Positions 14,956 through 15,425 of a DNA stretch of 15,425 bases are shown piece after piece. The stretch comes from Methanocella sp. GTDB taxonomy: Archaea; Thermoproteota; Bathyarchaeia; Bathyarchaeales; Bathycorpusculaceae. Both the position numbers and the translations under genes were made by a program. Below the pieces are notes generated by a model. It ran no database searches. It was not told where the DNA came from and saw nothing but the letters and a program-made list of their open reading frames with translations. The DNA is taken from the NCBI GenBank assembly GCA_050261115.1, contig JBLNCY010000037.1, positions 1 to 15,425 on the forward strand, read 5' to 3'. Within the stretch, counting starts at the first letter, position 1. Each line of letters starts with the position of its first letter.

Positions 14956-15425
14956 ATGGGGGAGACCAGTAAAGTGAAATCCAAAAAGCCAACTCTAGAA
15001 GACCAGCTAGCGTTTATCTCAGCGCAGCATGAAATTTACCCAACTGAGCTCTTTGACGCATTAGTCCAATCCAAAGACGAGGGCAAAACCACAGTTGGCG
15101 ACTTAACCGTAGAATACCGAGGCAACGTAGGCAACCAAGCCATCTTTTTAATCACCAAAGACACCCAAGTCATAGCGCAGTTCAGAGTACCCCAAGACAC
15201 ACTCAACCGAACTGATGTCTCGTTTGACAGCGCCATGGAAACTGGACGGGTACGCAAAGAAATCGCCCGACAAACCCCAGCGCCTACACACCAAAAAATA
15301 GAAGACCTACGCATCGGCATGAAAAAAATCAATGTCATTGCCACCGTAAAAGAAGTCTCACAGCCATCCAAAGTCCACACCCAATTCCGCGACAACGCCG
15401 TAGTCTCAAACGCAGTCATCGAAGA
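14956..15425 (+). CDS. OB-fold single-stranded DNA-binding (SSB/RPA-like) protein with an additional ~105-aa N-terminal domain; truncated by the window end
   Basis: Not in the ORF track (no stop in the window). Open from ATG 14956 (or GTG 14974) to the edge. The distal part KIEDLRIGMKKINVIATVKEVSQPSKVHTQF...VSNAVIE matches the start of an archaeal SSB/RPA OB fold. Confidence 0.75.
   Translation, partial: MGETSKVKSKKPTLEDQLAFISAQHEIYPTELFDALVQSKDEGKTTVGDLTVEYRGNVGNQAIFLITKDTQVIAQFRVPQDTLNRTDVSFDSAMETGRVRKEIARQTPAPTHQKIEDLRIGMKKINVIATVKEVSQPSKVHTQFRDNAVVSNAVIE

Noticed and set aside
15036-15419. 127-aa minus-strand ORF
   Set aside because: Antisense to the + strand OB-fold frame, which has protein-like sequence and host-like codon usage.
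9228-15425. Integrated element with attR duplicating the tRNA 3' end
   Set aside because: No second copy of CCCGCTCGAGGCTCCA and no integrase or transposase seen in this window; a boundary beyond the window cannot be excluded.
1-15425. CRISPR array, rRNA or IS element
   Set aside because: No regularly spaced repeats, rRNA-like sequence, transposase motifs or terminal inverted repeats were seen.

Overview
Archaeal chromosomal window. The gene set (topo VI A/B, KEOPS Cgi121, stand-alone THUMP, TrmY, archaeal tRNA) and the style of the small proteins suggest Bathyarchaeia/TACK; that assignment is inference, as no search was run. The left two-thirds is mostly housekeeping: top6B-top6A, THUMP, cgi121, a purine phosphoribosyltransferase, trmY, thiL and tRNA-Thr(CGT). 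It is interrupted by an ~820-bp intergenic region holding a candidate structured non-coding RNA (3141-3271), and by a small decayed accessory patch (wHTH regulator with a palindromic operator, a pilin pseudogene fused in frame to a roadblock-like fragment, a small membrane protein). Downstream of the tRNA lie an acyltransferase-3 gene and the main highlight: a tightly coupled four-gene non-homologous end-joining (NHEJ) operon on the minus strand. Its order is stand-alone LigD polymerase, Ku, ATP-dependent ligase fused to a C-terminal 3'-phosphoesterase, and a DUF72 protein. It is transcribed divergently from an OB-fold SSB/RPA-like gene that carries an extra N-terminal domain and runs off the window end. 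All family calls come from motif recognition by eye.
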